In this document: one piece after another, positions 10,801 through 23,000 of the stretch | How the letters are laid out: each line of letters opens with the position of its first letter | Position numbering within the stretch: position 1 is the first letter of the stretch | DNA from: Dudresnaya verticillata | Lineage: Eukaryota | Reading direction: 5' to 3' | Assembly: GCA_977862235.1 (NCBI GenBank) | Contig: OZ374562.1 | Coordinates: forward strand, 1,860,001-1,924,000 | Length of the DNA: 64,000 nucleotides | Program-made: the position numbers and the translations under genes | The notes under the pieces: generated by a model | The model's database searches: none | Seen by the model: the letters and a program-made list of their open reading frames with translations, nothing else | What the model was told of the DNA's origin: nothing

Positions 10801-13107
10801 AGACTGGGCTGCCGCGATTGATAGGGAATTCTATGCTCTTTTGCGACGCCGAACGTGGATCCTCGTACCAAGGTCCCCAGGAATGCACGTCATCCGCCAC
10901 AAATGGGTGTTCCGCAAGAAGCCCCTTTGACCATGAGGGCAATAGATTCTTGCACAAAGCCAGATGCGTGGCGAGGGGCGATCAGCAAGAGGCTGGTCTG
11001 GACTTTAATCCTGACACACTCTATGCCCCAGTCGCCGCACATGAGAGCATTAGAATCATTATGGCTTTTGCTGCTGGCACGAACGCTATCCTAGAAGGCG
11101 GAGACATTTCCAACGTTTATCTCTACGGCACACTGGACATTCCCATCTTTATGGAACAGCCCACGGGCTCCAGCCGTACTCTCGTCAAGCCCTGCCATGT
11201 CTGCAATCTTCTCAAGTCAATGTATGGCGCAAAGCAGGCAGGCAATATCTAGGGAAGTGTACTGCACAACGCGCTTCTCTCTTGGCATTTCCAAGTCTCC
11301 TGTTACGATCCCAGCGTCTACTTCCTTCGTCTGGGCACTCGTTACCTCATCATTTCCATCGTTGTTGATGATGTGGCCTTCGCCACAAACGACAGGAAGC
11401 TCCTCGATGACCTTACCCACAAGCTGCAGGCCACTTTTGATGTTAAGCTGTTTGGTGCGCTTAAGTCTTTTATCGGCTGGAGCATCAAACGTTCCCCTTC
11501 TGGCATTCGAGTTAGTCAAGAGGGTTATGTGCGACGTCTACTTGCCAAATATGGCGTGCAGGACGCCAATGCCGTGCTGACGCCACTCCCCGTCCACGCC
11601 GACTTGCTTCCGGCATCTCAACACGAGACCCGTCTCTCACGCTCCGATCACGCCACCTACCGCGCAGTGGTTGGCGGGCTTCTCTATCTCGCTGTTTGCA
11701 CAAGGCCGGATCTTTCGTTTGCTGTTGGCGTTCTTGCTCGCCAACTCCATGACCCTACACCTCGCCATTTTATGCTGGTGAAACGCATTCTGCGTTATAC
11801 AAAGGGTACAGCTGCTGCTGGACTTCACTACGCTGCTGGGATGCCACTTACTGCATGTGCCATTAGCGCCACCGTTGATGCCGATTGGGGCGGTGACCTA
11901 CATTCAAGGCGTTCTACATCTGGTTATGTAATCGCCATCAACGGGTCGCCGGTCTTTTGGCGTAGCAAGAAACAGACTGTTACTGCACTATCCTCCGCAG
12001 AGTCTGAATACGTCGCTCTCTCGGCATGCGCCCGTGATGTTACATGGATTCGACGTTTGTTCTGGGAGATTTGCCATCAAAGCAGATGGGGCGACGGGAG
12101 GAAATTTGCGCCGACTGTCATTGTGCTTGATAGCACTTCTGCACAAGCACTGGCAACAAATGAACAGGTTTCCGCAAGGAACAAACACATTGACCTTAAG
12201 GTTCACCACATTAAGGAATTGCTGCAGAGTGGCGTGGTCACATTGCGTCACATACCCTCCTGTGAAAATCCTGCTGACGCATTGACTAAGAGTCTTCCCG
12301 TTCGGAAGCTGAACATCATGATGCCGCTGTTACGCTTAACCAAGTTTATGTGATTAGCAGCAAGTTATTCACATTGTGCTGCTGGGGTGTTGCTGTCCAT
12401 ATGGCTCTATTGAGATGTTCTTTCGTTTTGTGTTTTGTTGTTCTTGTTTTTATGATGTAATGTTGTTGCTGTTGTTGTGTTTGATTTTTTTGCTGTGTCG
12501 CTGTCTTGCGACTTAAGATGTTGTGTTTGATGCAGTGGAACCTATTGCGAACCGCCCAACCATCTGCCGCGCCGCGGCTTAGCGATCAGATGCCGGTACC
12601 AGCGTGGAACCCACGCTGGGCCTAACAAAGAAAGTGGAACGGCACGAACGCGGCGGAGGAGGAGGTCGCAAAGGTAATGAGCTGTTTGTTGTTGCGGTGC
12701 AGTTGTCGGGAGGCAAAGGGTGCGCACGGTCTGGCTACTTGTACTGTACTGCAGCCGGCGCATGACGTTGCCGCCCGACTGTGCGACGTGCCCAAAAATT
12801 TGTTACAAAAATCACAGATTCAATTGATGCTGCTGCTGCAGACAGTATCAGCATGCTGATACTGTACTGACAATATTCACCACGCTCGAAGGGGCGTGAC
12901 GAAAATTGCTGTAAATGGAGGTCGAGCGAGTCGAATATTTACAGTTCGGCTCCTCGCACCTCGGGTGATCTCGAGGACCCTGGACTTGCTTCCAAGGGTT
13001 ACTACATGAATAAACTAGCTGCTGCTGTGCCGTGCCCCGGGGAAGACGGGGGCAATTTGACCTGTGCAAAAAGTGTTCCTTCCCAGCGCTGTGCATGTTT
13101 TCCTTCA
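7891..13107 (+). mobile_element. Full-length Ty1/Copia LTR retrotransposon
   Basis: 211-bp TG..CA LTRs at 7891-8101 and 12897-13107 (2 mismatches seen). TSD GTCTC. PBS TGGTAGCATCGC at 8102 and PPT GAAGGGG near 12888. Confidence 0.97.
8117..12353 (+). pseudogene. Copia gag-pol polyprotein (gag, CCHC knuckle, protease, integrase, RT, RNase H) with lesions
   Basis: Motifs CHYCGKPGHFISVC, LIDSGGTHNF, HLDISGP, RLDQAGE, KARCVARG, VVDD, DADWGG and KHIDLKVH. Frameshift near 10925 and in-frame TAG at 11250-11252. Confidence 0.95.
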
Positions 13108-14157
13108 GTCTCGGGGCGTGGCGCTCGATGCGCACAACGGGCTTCGCTGCCAAAATTTGAAAGGTGCGCACGCGTGCGCGGCGCACGAAGCGCACGGGCC
13201 ATGCGATTGGCCGCGCAATTTCTGCGCCGATTTTTCTCGCCCGAGATCGGCCGCTGCCGTGATCTCGAGGCGTGGCGCACGAGGCGCACGCACGCCCGCG
13301 TGCGCAGAATGCCGGATTCGCCTGTTTGCGCGAGTGCACTGTATTCCGCGGCGCTCGACGCGCACGCGCAATGCCACGCACACGGCGCTCGACGCGCCCG
13401 TGTGCACGCGGTGCACTGTAGTCCGCGGCGCTGGACGCGCATGCTCCTTGCGACACACACGGCGCTCGACGCGCCTGACGCCGCGGCGGTCCGTCGTCAG
13501 GTCCCCTTCCACTGCCGGAGTAGGAAGTGCACCTTCGCAAATAATTCCGCCGCTGCGGTATTGCAACTCGGTGAGGACGCGCCGCTGCGCACTCTAGTTA
13601 CAGCCTTTGCGACGCTTGTAGCGGAGACTCATGGCGACCTCGCCGCTGCGAACGCAATTGCCCTCCGCTACCGCACCGAGCGGGGTGCCCCGCCGGGGCC
13701 TTAGCGCATCGGCGCAAGGCGACCCCGGAGCAGGGGCGTCGACCGCCCTCCCCGCCGGGTAAGCGGCCGCTGCCGCTGGCGCCGCTGCGGTGTACCACGC
13801 GCCGGGTACCGCGGCGGGCCCTGCTGCGCCAACTCAAACGCGCGATGCGGCCGGGTGGCCGCGGCGATGACCCCTCCGCCCCTGGCTTTTCGTCGTCGAC
13901 GACTGCTCAGCCGGGAGCGGGGGCCAGGGGCAACGCTGCCCAATACTGCGATCGACGCATAGTGTTCGCGGGCGCCGCGGCACCCAGCGATTAGAGCGCA
14001 GCTGCGCCTTTTAGTCCAGTTACGCCGCTGCGTCGTTAGACATGTTAAAAGGGAAAGGGGTGGGATATGCCTTCGGCCCGCGTCGATGCGAACTTATCTG
14101 TGGCGAGAGCGTCCGCCGGCGCAGCAGCTCACCACGTCGGGCCGCTGCCCAAGGTGA

Positions 14158-14427
14158 GTGCTGCGCGCCAAGTCAAAGGATGCTCCCCCGTTGGGGGATT
14201 TGTGCGGCGAGATGAAGACGGTCGCGAGCGCAGTCAAGGAAATGGTCAACAACGACGCAATGAGCATGCGTGTATCCGGGATATCCACTGACATCCAAGA
14301 AGAGGAGGACCTGGAAAAGCTGCTTGACATGGTTGTTAAAGCGGAAGACAGGCTCGCAAAGATGAGGGAGAGGCCTTCATCCGCCCTTCAGAATCAGCTC
14401 GTCGCACTCGTTAAACGAACACTATGA
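14158..14427 (+). pseudogene. Helical or coiled-coil coding remnant, possibly the C-terminus of a Harbinger accessory ORF
   Basis: Protein-like composition (EEEDLEKLLDMVVKAEDRLAKM) followed by an AT-rich 3' tract. No family motif. Confidence 0.3.
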
Positions 14428-14839
14428 GCGCGTACTGCAGAAGTACATGAAGCGCTCAGCTGTTCCAGAAGTCCCTGCTGCTGCAATGTCGCAACAGCAG
14501 TGACACTGACTCATATTAATAGACTACTTCTATGTTTGTGTTTGTTTGTTTTTGTCTAATGTGCGTTCTTCTACAGATGTGATCTACAAGAGAAGCTGAG
14601 CGCGGCGTCGCTGCATGCATAGCAGAAGCCGGGTGGTGGTGGGATAAGCTCGCGGCAGCGTGCCGTGAGCTCGCTCGACTTTCTCAGTCCCCTTTACTGT
14701 GGCAAGATATTGTAAGAAGGAAGTATACCGCTGCTAAAAAGGTTCGTTCTCAACTGCACACACATTCGTTGCACTTCTCGCGCGCGTAGCACTCGCGCTT
14801 TTTGTCCTTCGCGCGGCGGCACCACTAAACTAACAGACT

Positions 14840-15640
14840 TTATATGTGTTTATTTCTCCTATTTATCTTCTCCTGCGACACTTTGATGCCATGCTTGCGA
14901 GACTGGAGGTGCTTACTCCAGGGGTCGGGGCCGGTATACACTACGTTGCACAAGTGGCATTGAAACGTCTCAAACCCTGGCTCCACCAGCGAGGGCAGCA
15001 GCCCTATGTTACGAAGCTTCCGACGCTGGCGAGCCAATCGCTTTCTAATGAAGGGAAGTGTACCCTCAGGAGCATACCAGGAAGCTGAAGAGTGCATCGC
15101 CATATCTATGACGTCTGCAATCGCTGGGTCTTCGCTGTCGACGGCGTCGGCAACGATTGCATGACCCTCGCTACTTCCATTTTCATTTGTAACTAAAAGC
15201 GGCTCCTGCTTCTCCACATCCGTTTCCAATCGCAGCTCTCTCTTGCAGTGATCCTCCTCCTCCTTCAATACCGCCTTCCCCTCACACTTCGCGACCGCGC
15301 CGCGCTCCTCAACAGGGGCAACGGCAATTAACGCTTTAAGACGGAAGCTTCCGGGCCTTCCATCGGGCTGCGCGAGCGGTGGCGCAGCTGACCCGTGCGA
15401 TGGCACAGCTTGCGCGGGCGATCGACCGACGATCGTCATCGATGGCGCAGCTTTCGCGGGAGATGGTGTAGCTTGCGCGGAAGATGGTGTAGCTTGCGCG
15501 GGCGATGGCGCAGATGCAGCTTGAGAGGGCGGTGGGGCAGCTTGCGAGGGCGGGGGCGCAGCTTGCGCGGGAGATGGCGCAGCTTGCGCAGCTTGCCGCT
15601 CCGGAGCATCGGCAAACCGCGACTTTCGTCTGCGCCCCAT
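14840..15640 (-). CDS. Protein with Ala/Pro/Ser heptad repeats and a C-terminal U1/matrin-type C2H2 zinc finger
   Basis: ATG at 15640 (MGRRRKSRF). CHLC-x12-H-x5-H motif (CHLCNVVYTGPDPWSKHLQSRKH). APSPAQA repeats. Confidence 0.6.
   Translation of the reverse strand: MGRRRKSRFADAPERQAAQAAPSPAQAAPPPSQAAPPPSQAASAPSPAQATPSSAQATPSPAKAAPSMTIVGRSPAQAVPSHGSAAPPLAQPDGRPGSFRLKALIAVAPVEERGAVAKCEGKAVLKEEEDHCKRELRLETDVEKQEPLLVTNENGSSEGHAIVADAVDSEDPAIADVIDMAMHSSASWYAPEGTLPFIRKRLARQRRKLRNIGLLPSLVEPGFETFQCHLCNVVYTGPDPWSKHLQSRKHGIKVSQEKINRRNKHI
15398..15598. repeat. Degenerate 21-bp coding minisatellite
   Basis: Repeated GATGGCGCAGCTTGCGCGGGA-like units. Confidence 0.85.
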
Positions 15641-16575
15641 CTTGCTTGGCGCGTCAGACAATCGCGATGGGCGCTTGCGGCACCTTTGACCTGGAGATAG
15701 GTCGTTTGCTTCCGTGGCAGAAGGCACCGAAGGCGCGCCTTCGAAACGCTTTGCCTGGACAAAGCGGTCCGCGGGATTGTCTGTCCGGTAATTTCGGACT
15801 TAGCGGATTTCATGCAAGATCATTGTATGCCAATAGCGGCACCATTCTCTAATGCATTTTAATCAAAATAGTATATCCGAATTAAAAAAGTTGCCTAACG
15901 TAAGAGCCACGGCCACCAATGCATCGTGACGCAATCGCGGCCGGGGAGATAAAGATCTTTATCTTCATCTTCGAAGATGCTTTAACGATTGCACTTTTGG
16001 CTTCTCCTGATGGGCGTGCCTGGATGCTGCAGCCTCCGGCATGCTAGCAGCTATTGCTGCTAACGGGTATACCCGTCCGGGACGTCGTTCTGGCACAGTC
16101 CTGCCGACGAACGCCCGGCCCAGGCCGCCATGCCGCCGTGGGTCTTCTTCGCGGAGGCCCAATCGTCGCGACGATCAGGCGCGCCTGATGGGCGCGCCCT
16201 GCCATCCGAGCGCCCTGTCCTTCTTCGCCATGCACGACCACATCCCGCCCGCCCTGTACGCCCCCAACCCCAATACAGTCCCCGCGCGCGCTTGCCCGCA
16301 TGCCGCGAGGTTAGTTTCTCGTTCTCACTAAATATAGATCACTTACCTTGTTAGAGCTGCTGTCCTACCTCCACCCGGTCCCCATCTGCGGGTACCGCAG
16401 CAGTTTCTTTTCGCAAGAGAGCGCAAGACGAGCAGAAGAAAGAGGTTTGCAATAAACAATTAGGTTCGGTACTTGATTGTAGAGCAATCGCCAACTTAGC
16501 AGAATTCATCGCTCTTGCACACTTTGCGCACGATCGTGCTTGCGCACGATCGTGCGCTTTCGAAAGTGAATACCC

Positions 16576-17898
16576 CTAAGCCGATATAGAATCAGGTCGC
16601 GCCAATCCCATATCCTTCACAATGTCCACCATTCGATCCCTCAATTTTCACAGAGTCGTACGACTTGTTCTAGCCGTTTCCAACCGCGACCGTGAGGCTT
16701 GTGTTCGGTTCGCAATAATTCCCCTCACCTCCGCAATATCCTCCTTCGCTTTCACATACCAGTCTTCGGATTGTGAAATAACGCGAACCATTTCAGATTA
16801 GTCAGTAGAGCGAGGGTTAGACGACCGTTCCTCCATTTCTTCGTCAATAACGAAGTTGTAAAGCTTCATTGCGAGGCATATGACTCTGCAATCGACATCA
16901 ACAGTAAACTAAAGCTTTTGTAGTAGCCTCCATTTAGCAGTAAGCATCCCAAACACCTGTTCAACATGCATGCGAAGCGAAGAGTACCAGAAGTTAAAAG
17001 AGTCTTGCCAAAAAGACGCCACAGCTGAAGAAAATGGAGTTATGAGCCACTCCGTGCAGATATATGCCTCATCATCAGCTATCCAAAAGCCAAGCTGTAG
17101 AAGTCCAGACGCTAAGAATTGGCCGAGCTTAGGAACAGCGTGTGCAAGGGAGTCGTGTGTGCTTCCAACGCAAGTCGCAGAAAGAGATTAAAACCGATAG
17201 TTAGCATCTACAGTAGCCTGCACCGGAGTCGCATAGTATGCCTTCCTGCACCAGCATGCCGCAGGGCTCAGATCGCTTTCCGGTTTCATTATTTTCACCG
17301 CAATCCCGTCCAAGGCACCAATGCATCCAGTTAGCGGACTGGCCGGCTTTCGAGACATTTTGAATGCTTCTGAAGCTTCACAAAGGGCATGATAAGAAGA
17401 AGGTAGACCAGGTAGCTGTAAACGCTTGTTAAGACTAATGCAGGTAGAGTGGAAAACATCGTAGACTGTGGATTTGTGGACCTGGAAGAGCGGTACTAAA
17501 TCCAAATAGCTTGCACCTGACATCATGCGCAAAGTAATACCTAGGCGCATTGAGGGGCTTATCTTCGTCCTCCTTGACCGTCTTCCCATCTCAACACTGC
17601 GCTGTAGATCGTGCTGCACAACTTCTAACAGCTTGTAGAAGCATCGTCTTGTCCTACGGTAGGCACTGCGAAACATTTCATCACTGTAGAAAGAGGAGAT
17701 CGATTCGAACGTGATGCCAGGGCGTAAAGGATACGGAACGTTGATGTTGCCTCTGTCCTTCTTGAAGGCCCGAGTGTTTTCCAAGTGTTTGACAACCTTG
17801 GCACAGATCAAAAAGACGCTGACTGCGACAAAAATGCGCCTGAAACGTTTGCTGCGCGCATTTGCATACAGCTCACGCGGAGTTCCCGAGGGGTTCAT
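16576..17898 (-). pseudogene. PIF/Harbinger (HARBI1-like) transposase with internal stops
   Basis: GCIGALDGIAVKI, CRKAYYA..VQATVDANYRF, then after a stop GSTHDS, WIADDEAY and RMHVEQVFGML..KW. The C-terminus RDRMVDIVKDMGLARP ends at the stop at 16576-16578. Confidence 0.9.
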
Positions 17899-18442
17899 AA
17901 AGACAGGAGGTAGATAAAGTTAGTGAAAGCCTTAGGAGAAACCGTAGACGCTTTCCGCGCGGCGCGAGTCTAGGTTGGGCAAAAGAAGGAAGATGGGGAC
18001 GCTGGTCGCCCCCTTGTTTTCTCCATGGCCGTCGCGTGCTGTGGCTGCACATTTTGCGCTGTTTGCAGCGCGTGGTGCTGCTGATGGATCAAGAGCGGCG
18101 GCGGCATTTCGAATGCCTTTGCAGAGCGAGCGGGGTTCGCAATCGTTGCGAGGGCGCCAATGAGGGTTTACAGAGATGGGTCTGTGAGCGGCGGAGGGGG
18201 GTTCTGTGGCACAACGGCGATTTGCGCCAAGTGGGCGCTCGACGCTGTAAGTCGTAACGGGCCAATGCCCTGTAAGGCGCTGTCATTGCTGGACTGCGCC
18301 ATGATGCGACACGTGATTGGCGCCTGGCGCGAAATCATCTGCGCCTCAGACGAGCAATTGGCGCCTGATCATTGGTGCGGCGTTGGGATATTTCCCGATT
18401 ATACGCCGCCACAGGGGCGTAGATCCGCCTCCCATTGCTCAA

Positions 18443-18902
18443 TGTAATTCGTGTACAGTACACTGTAGTAGTTAGTATTAGCACGGGCACAAGCCCTATT
18501 TATTGGTCCCCTGAATAGCAGGGCACCCCTGATTGAACCCTACGGGGAGTTTCTCGGTCTTGACCATTTTCTGGATTCCGGGCGCTTCCCGTTCCCTTTA
18601 TGGACGCCAACTACAGGCTCGTCACCGTACGGCAGGTTCCCTGCGGAATACCGGGTCGCGTCCCCCTTTTCCTTTTCCTTTTTCCTGGCCTAGCGCCATT
18701 CTACCAAGCCTCTACCACACCCGAGCTACCTGTGAGCACGACGGTTCCGGACAGGTGTCCTTTGTTCTTTTTGCTCTTCCTGGGCTGGACCCGTTGTGCT
18801 ACAGGTTCGTGAAGATAATCTCGCGCCGAAGGGGCGCCGACAGCACAGAAATACGAATCCGGATTAGCACGGTGGGCGGCTTTTCAATACCTGCGCATTA
18901 CA
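18443..18902. repeat. Possible solo or degraded LTR
   Basis: TGTAAT...ATTACA inverted ends and a pyrimidine tract like other LTRs here. No TSD found. Confidence 0.35.
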
Positions 18903-19214
18903 GCAGCGGAGCGCCGTGGCAGTAGAGAGTTTTTTGAAGCACTCAACATAAGACGGGGGAGGAGGGGCGGGGCGCAAAAAGCTCGCTGTTCGGACAGGCC
19001 CTGAGAAGGAACCTGAGAGGGGCACGTCCCCACGGCGCGCAAGGTGCTTGGGGGGACGAAACATTAAATGTTAGTTTTTCCGTTTACTTTTACAAGCTTT
19101 ACCATAAACCGTTCGTCGGCCTATACAACTCCAATTCGCAACACTCCCTTTTCGTTTCGGCCCCTCCAACTTCAATAGTTCCGACTTTCAGATAAAAACT
19201 CTTTCTTCGAATCC

Positions 19215-19382
19215 AACTGTCCCAGATACGCAAAACGAGGCAAAGCGTGGCGCTGGGACGGGCACCACCACTGAACACAAAGGCGCTGCTGCATCCAATC
19301 GATGCAATGATTTCAGTCACTATTTTTCCCATTGTCCCATTCGGCCATTACAGTTAGCACAGCAGTGCGGTCCAATAATTGA
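19215..19382 (+). repeat. Diverged repeat with an inverted copy at 27953-28102
   Basis: Shared core AACTGTCCCAGATACGCAAA...GCTGCATCCAATCGATGCAATGATTTCAGTC...GTGCGGTCCAAT. Confidence 0.85.
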
Positions 19383-19950
19383 GGGCTCCAGTAGCCAGTT
19401 ACTGTACCACACAAAATGGTGACGCTCCGTATTGCGATTTTTTTGTATTTTATATAAAATGGCCCATCTACGTTTATATCGGGATTGCCCAATCACAAGT
19501 TATGTCCCACTATGTATTTCGCAGCCGTTGGTCAAAGCCTTACTTGCCTTCTTGCAACGACTTCCGTCGAAACACGGCTCTTATTGCAGCTACAGCAGGT
19601 CAGCAGTACTGTTTAGCCCCCCTCGCCGCACTCAAGGCCCTTCTTGGCTTTGAAGAAAGCTTCGCTCTCATTCCATTATAATGTTTAACTACAGCTCGTC
19701 CAGAAGAGGAACAACTCCACAAACCATGCCGCCTATGTTTTCTCGGAGCCACAGCCTCCTTCGCAAGGTTGTTTGTGGGAATCAATGTCCCCCTGACGAC
19801 GCCTGACGAAAAATGAGATTTCTTTTCATGAATGATATGTAGACTCCCTTTCCCAGTTTATCGGCATGAGTGATAGCTCCACACCAGCCGGCCCTGTTTA
19901 GCAGAGGTGCTTGTCATTCTCCCTGCTGAATTCACCCGCTTGATATCCAC

Positions 19951-19958
19951 TATATAAA
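19951..19958 (+). promoter_or_regulatory. Putative TATA box of the peptidoglycan-binding gene before the LTR insertion
   Basis: TATATAAA lies ~150 nt upstream of ATG 25564 once the element at 20089-25548 and one TSD copy are removed. Confidence 0.5.
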
Positions 19959-20088
19959 GATCACTCAATGTTCCGGTCTCATCTGCAAACACCCGACATC
20001 CCAAGTTCCAGCTACCTCACCACATCGCCGTTGAGTAAAATTATACAATCACCACATCGCCCAAAATCTTCGAACAGTGCTACCCATC

Positions 20089-23000
20089 TGTGACAGGCTT
20101 AAGATTTTGTAGCCTGGGGAAACTTTGTTTTTTGGGGTTGTGTTGTTCTGATGTTTCGGCGCCTCTCTAAGGAGGGCTTCTATAGAGAAACCACTTGGTT
20201 ATATACTAACTCATGGAGAAAAACTACTAGTGCATAGTACAGTAACCAAGAGGTATGTAAGATAAAGTATGTAAGTCCTACGCATAGGAACCTACATGGT
20301 AGAATCACAAGAGCCACCAGCAGAACCGTGCCGGTAGAAACCTACCAGGTATTCCATCCTGGTACACTCCCCTCTTTTAGAGCGCAAGAAGGCTACGCGC
20401 CTTCTCAACTAACTCTTGCGGAGTGTTCTTGCGCTGAAGTAATCGAAGTAACATCTGCGGTACATCTTCGTAGACTTGACCTAATGGTTCTAAAGTGTCT
20501 TCCGAATTTGGGAGACCTTTCCAGCGAACGAGAACCATGAGACTATCATCGGTATCCACAAGCTTCATAAGTCGAGCCACGGGCATACCTGTTTCGGATG
20601 ACAGTACATGTGACATGATTACCGTTTGGTTCAGGGATGAATCTCTATAAAACTTGAGACGACTCCCATGAATCTCATCGAGTTGACCATTGCGGAGATC
20701 CTCGACTTGGTAAACGTAATCGTTTAGTGCTTTGATAACCCGACGTGGTCCACGCCAACGAAGGGCAAGTTTTTCGCCAGCAAAGAACTCTTCTCGGGCC
20801 ACTAATACATAGTCACCTTCAGTGAAGTTTGCGAGGTGTCCTATGGAGGTAGCCTCGCGTTGCCGTTCACGCATTGCCTTGACAGTATCTTGAACCATAG
20901 GGTGAATTTGTGCCATATGTTCTTGTAGCGCGTCAATGTTTAGCAAGCGCTCTTGTTGTAACTCATCGAGTGATACCGGCTTGGTTGTTTCCGTACGCAT
21001 GAAGGTACTGATTGGTGCGGTTGGTTCGCGACCAAGGAAAGCTTTGACTGGAGATAGGTTTCCTCGTTGAGGGCTTGGTGCATTGTTGAGCACACTTTGT
21101 ACCATCGGAATAGGATCGGGCCACTCCGTCAGATTCATCTGAAGTTCAGATAGTACCGATCGGAAAACTCTTAGAAGTTCCTTTCCCAGTCGTTCCACAG
21201 CTCCATTGCTCCATGGACTGTAGGGAAGAGTGAAGTGGTGAGGAACTTTAAGTCCCTTGCACACCAGCCGAACGGGTTCATTTTTGAAATGTGTTGGTCC
21301 GTCCGAAAGTAAACCATTTGGTACACCGAAAGCGGCTGACCAGTCGATTATGGCGACGGCTGCGTTTTCCGCGGAGGTGTCCGAAAAGGCAAAGAGCCAC
21401 TTGTAATCCGAATGGTCGTCTCTCATCATGAGTACATATTTTTCGCCAGTCCTACTAAGTCCCAACTCAATGTAGTCGAACTGTAGTAATTCATTTGGCG
21501 CGGTAGCATGGATGGCAGGACCGAATGGACGAGGTATCTTCCCCCCTCCAAGAGTTGACAAACAATGGATACATGCACGGACGAAGGTGCGGACGTCCGT
21601 GGTAAGTGTAGACCAAAAATAATGGTGACGAAGAATCGTAATCGCAGAATCCCGGCAGCGGTGTCCACTAGGTCCGGTGTGCGCGATGATGCACAACCGT
21701 AGTTGGAGATCCGTAGCGGAGTCGGGGATCCAAATTGCTCCGTGAGGATTACGCCAGGCGTTGTTGACCAGGTGTAGGTTCGTAGGGCGCTCATCCTCAA
21801 AGGTTTTTTGGACGTTAACCACTTCGGTAAGTGTAGGCCACTCGAATTCCGGGGCGACCGAAGAAGGTATTTCAGGGATGTGTACCAATCGGCGAATGGT
21901 AGCAGGCGCGGACCAGCGACCGAGGAGGTCAGCCCAAACATTGTCCGGCCCCTTGATATGGAAACAAGTATAATTGTAAACGCTGAGGCGGACAGCCCAA
22001 CGGAGAACCTTACGAATGGTACTCTGAGAGAGATCAGGAACTACCGAGAGTGGGTCGAAGAGGAAGTTCAAATTGTTATGATCCGTATACAAGTCGAAAC
22101 CCTCGGGGTAGCAGTAAGCCAGTGGGTGCGCGTTAAGGAGGCGACAACCGCATAGGCTTCCTTTCCTAAAGTGGACCAACCCATTTGGGTCTTGTTAAAT
22201 CGACCTGAGAGGAATGCCAAAGGTTCGTGGTTTTGTTCCGAAGGCGGTAGCGGAAGGTCCTTGTGGGGAACCTGAGTGAGGATACCAGACCATATGGTAT
22301 CGGATGCGTCTGTGTAGATGCAGAGGCGTTTTTTGTAGTCGCGATGCGCGAGCGTAACCTGAAGGGCGAGAGCTTTCCTGCATTCTTCAAAGGTTTCCGT
22401 AAGATGGTGATTCCAGCCAAAGGCTAGCTGCAAGCGCGCGACGGCACGCTTAGTGCGTTTACCAGCATGGTCATATATCAGCTCCATGAAGTCATGCAGG
22501 GGCTGTACCAATTTTGTGAAGTTGGGAATACCGCATCTTACCCACTGTAGAGCACAGATAAATTGTTGAAGGTGTGCCCCGGTGGTAGGAAGAGCCATTT
22601 GAAGGAGACCATTAAGGTGAGCTGGGTCATAGCGAATACCTGTTGGTGAAATCAGTCTCCCACACCAGCGAATGGTTTTTGCGAAGAGAGTGCACTTCAC
22701 CGGATGTAATTTCAGGTTGTACTGTACGAAGAGACTAAACAGTGAACGAATAGACTCGAGTAAACCTGATATGGTGGAATCGTGGAAAGAACGTCGTCCA
22801 ACCAGCGTAGAGTCTTGCGACGCAGTTTGTCGGGTAGTATTGTCGCGAGAGAGGACTGTAAATGTGTCACCGCGTCGGTAGTACCGTGCAGGACACGCGT
22901 AGGCGAATAAATGCCATCGGGGGTTATAAAGGACTGCAGGGCTTGCGATTCTCGAGCGAGCTCGAGCTGCCAATAACCATGTGAGAAATCAAAGGTAGCA

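Noticed and set aside
12360..12540. TG-rich tract
   Set aside because: Low-complexity 3' UTR inside the Copia element, not a telomeric array.
15398..15598. Short periodic repeats as a possible CRISPR array (also 63290-63500 and 57208-57330)
   Set aside because: Tandem repeats without unique spacers, no cas genes, and a eukaryotic context.
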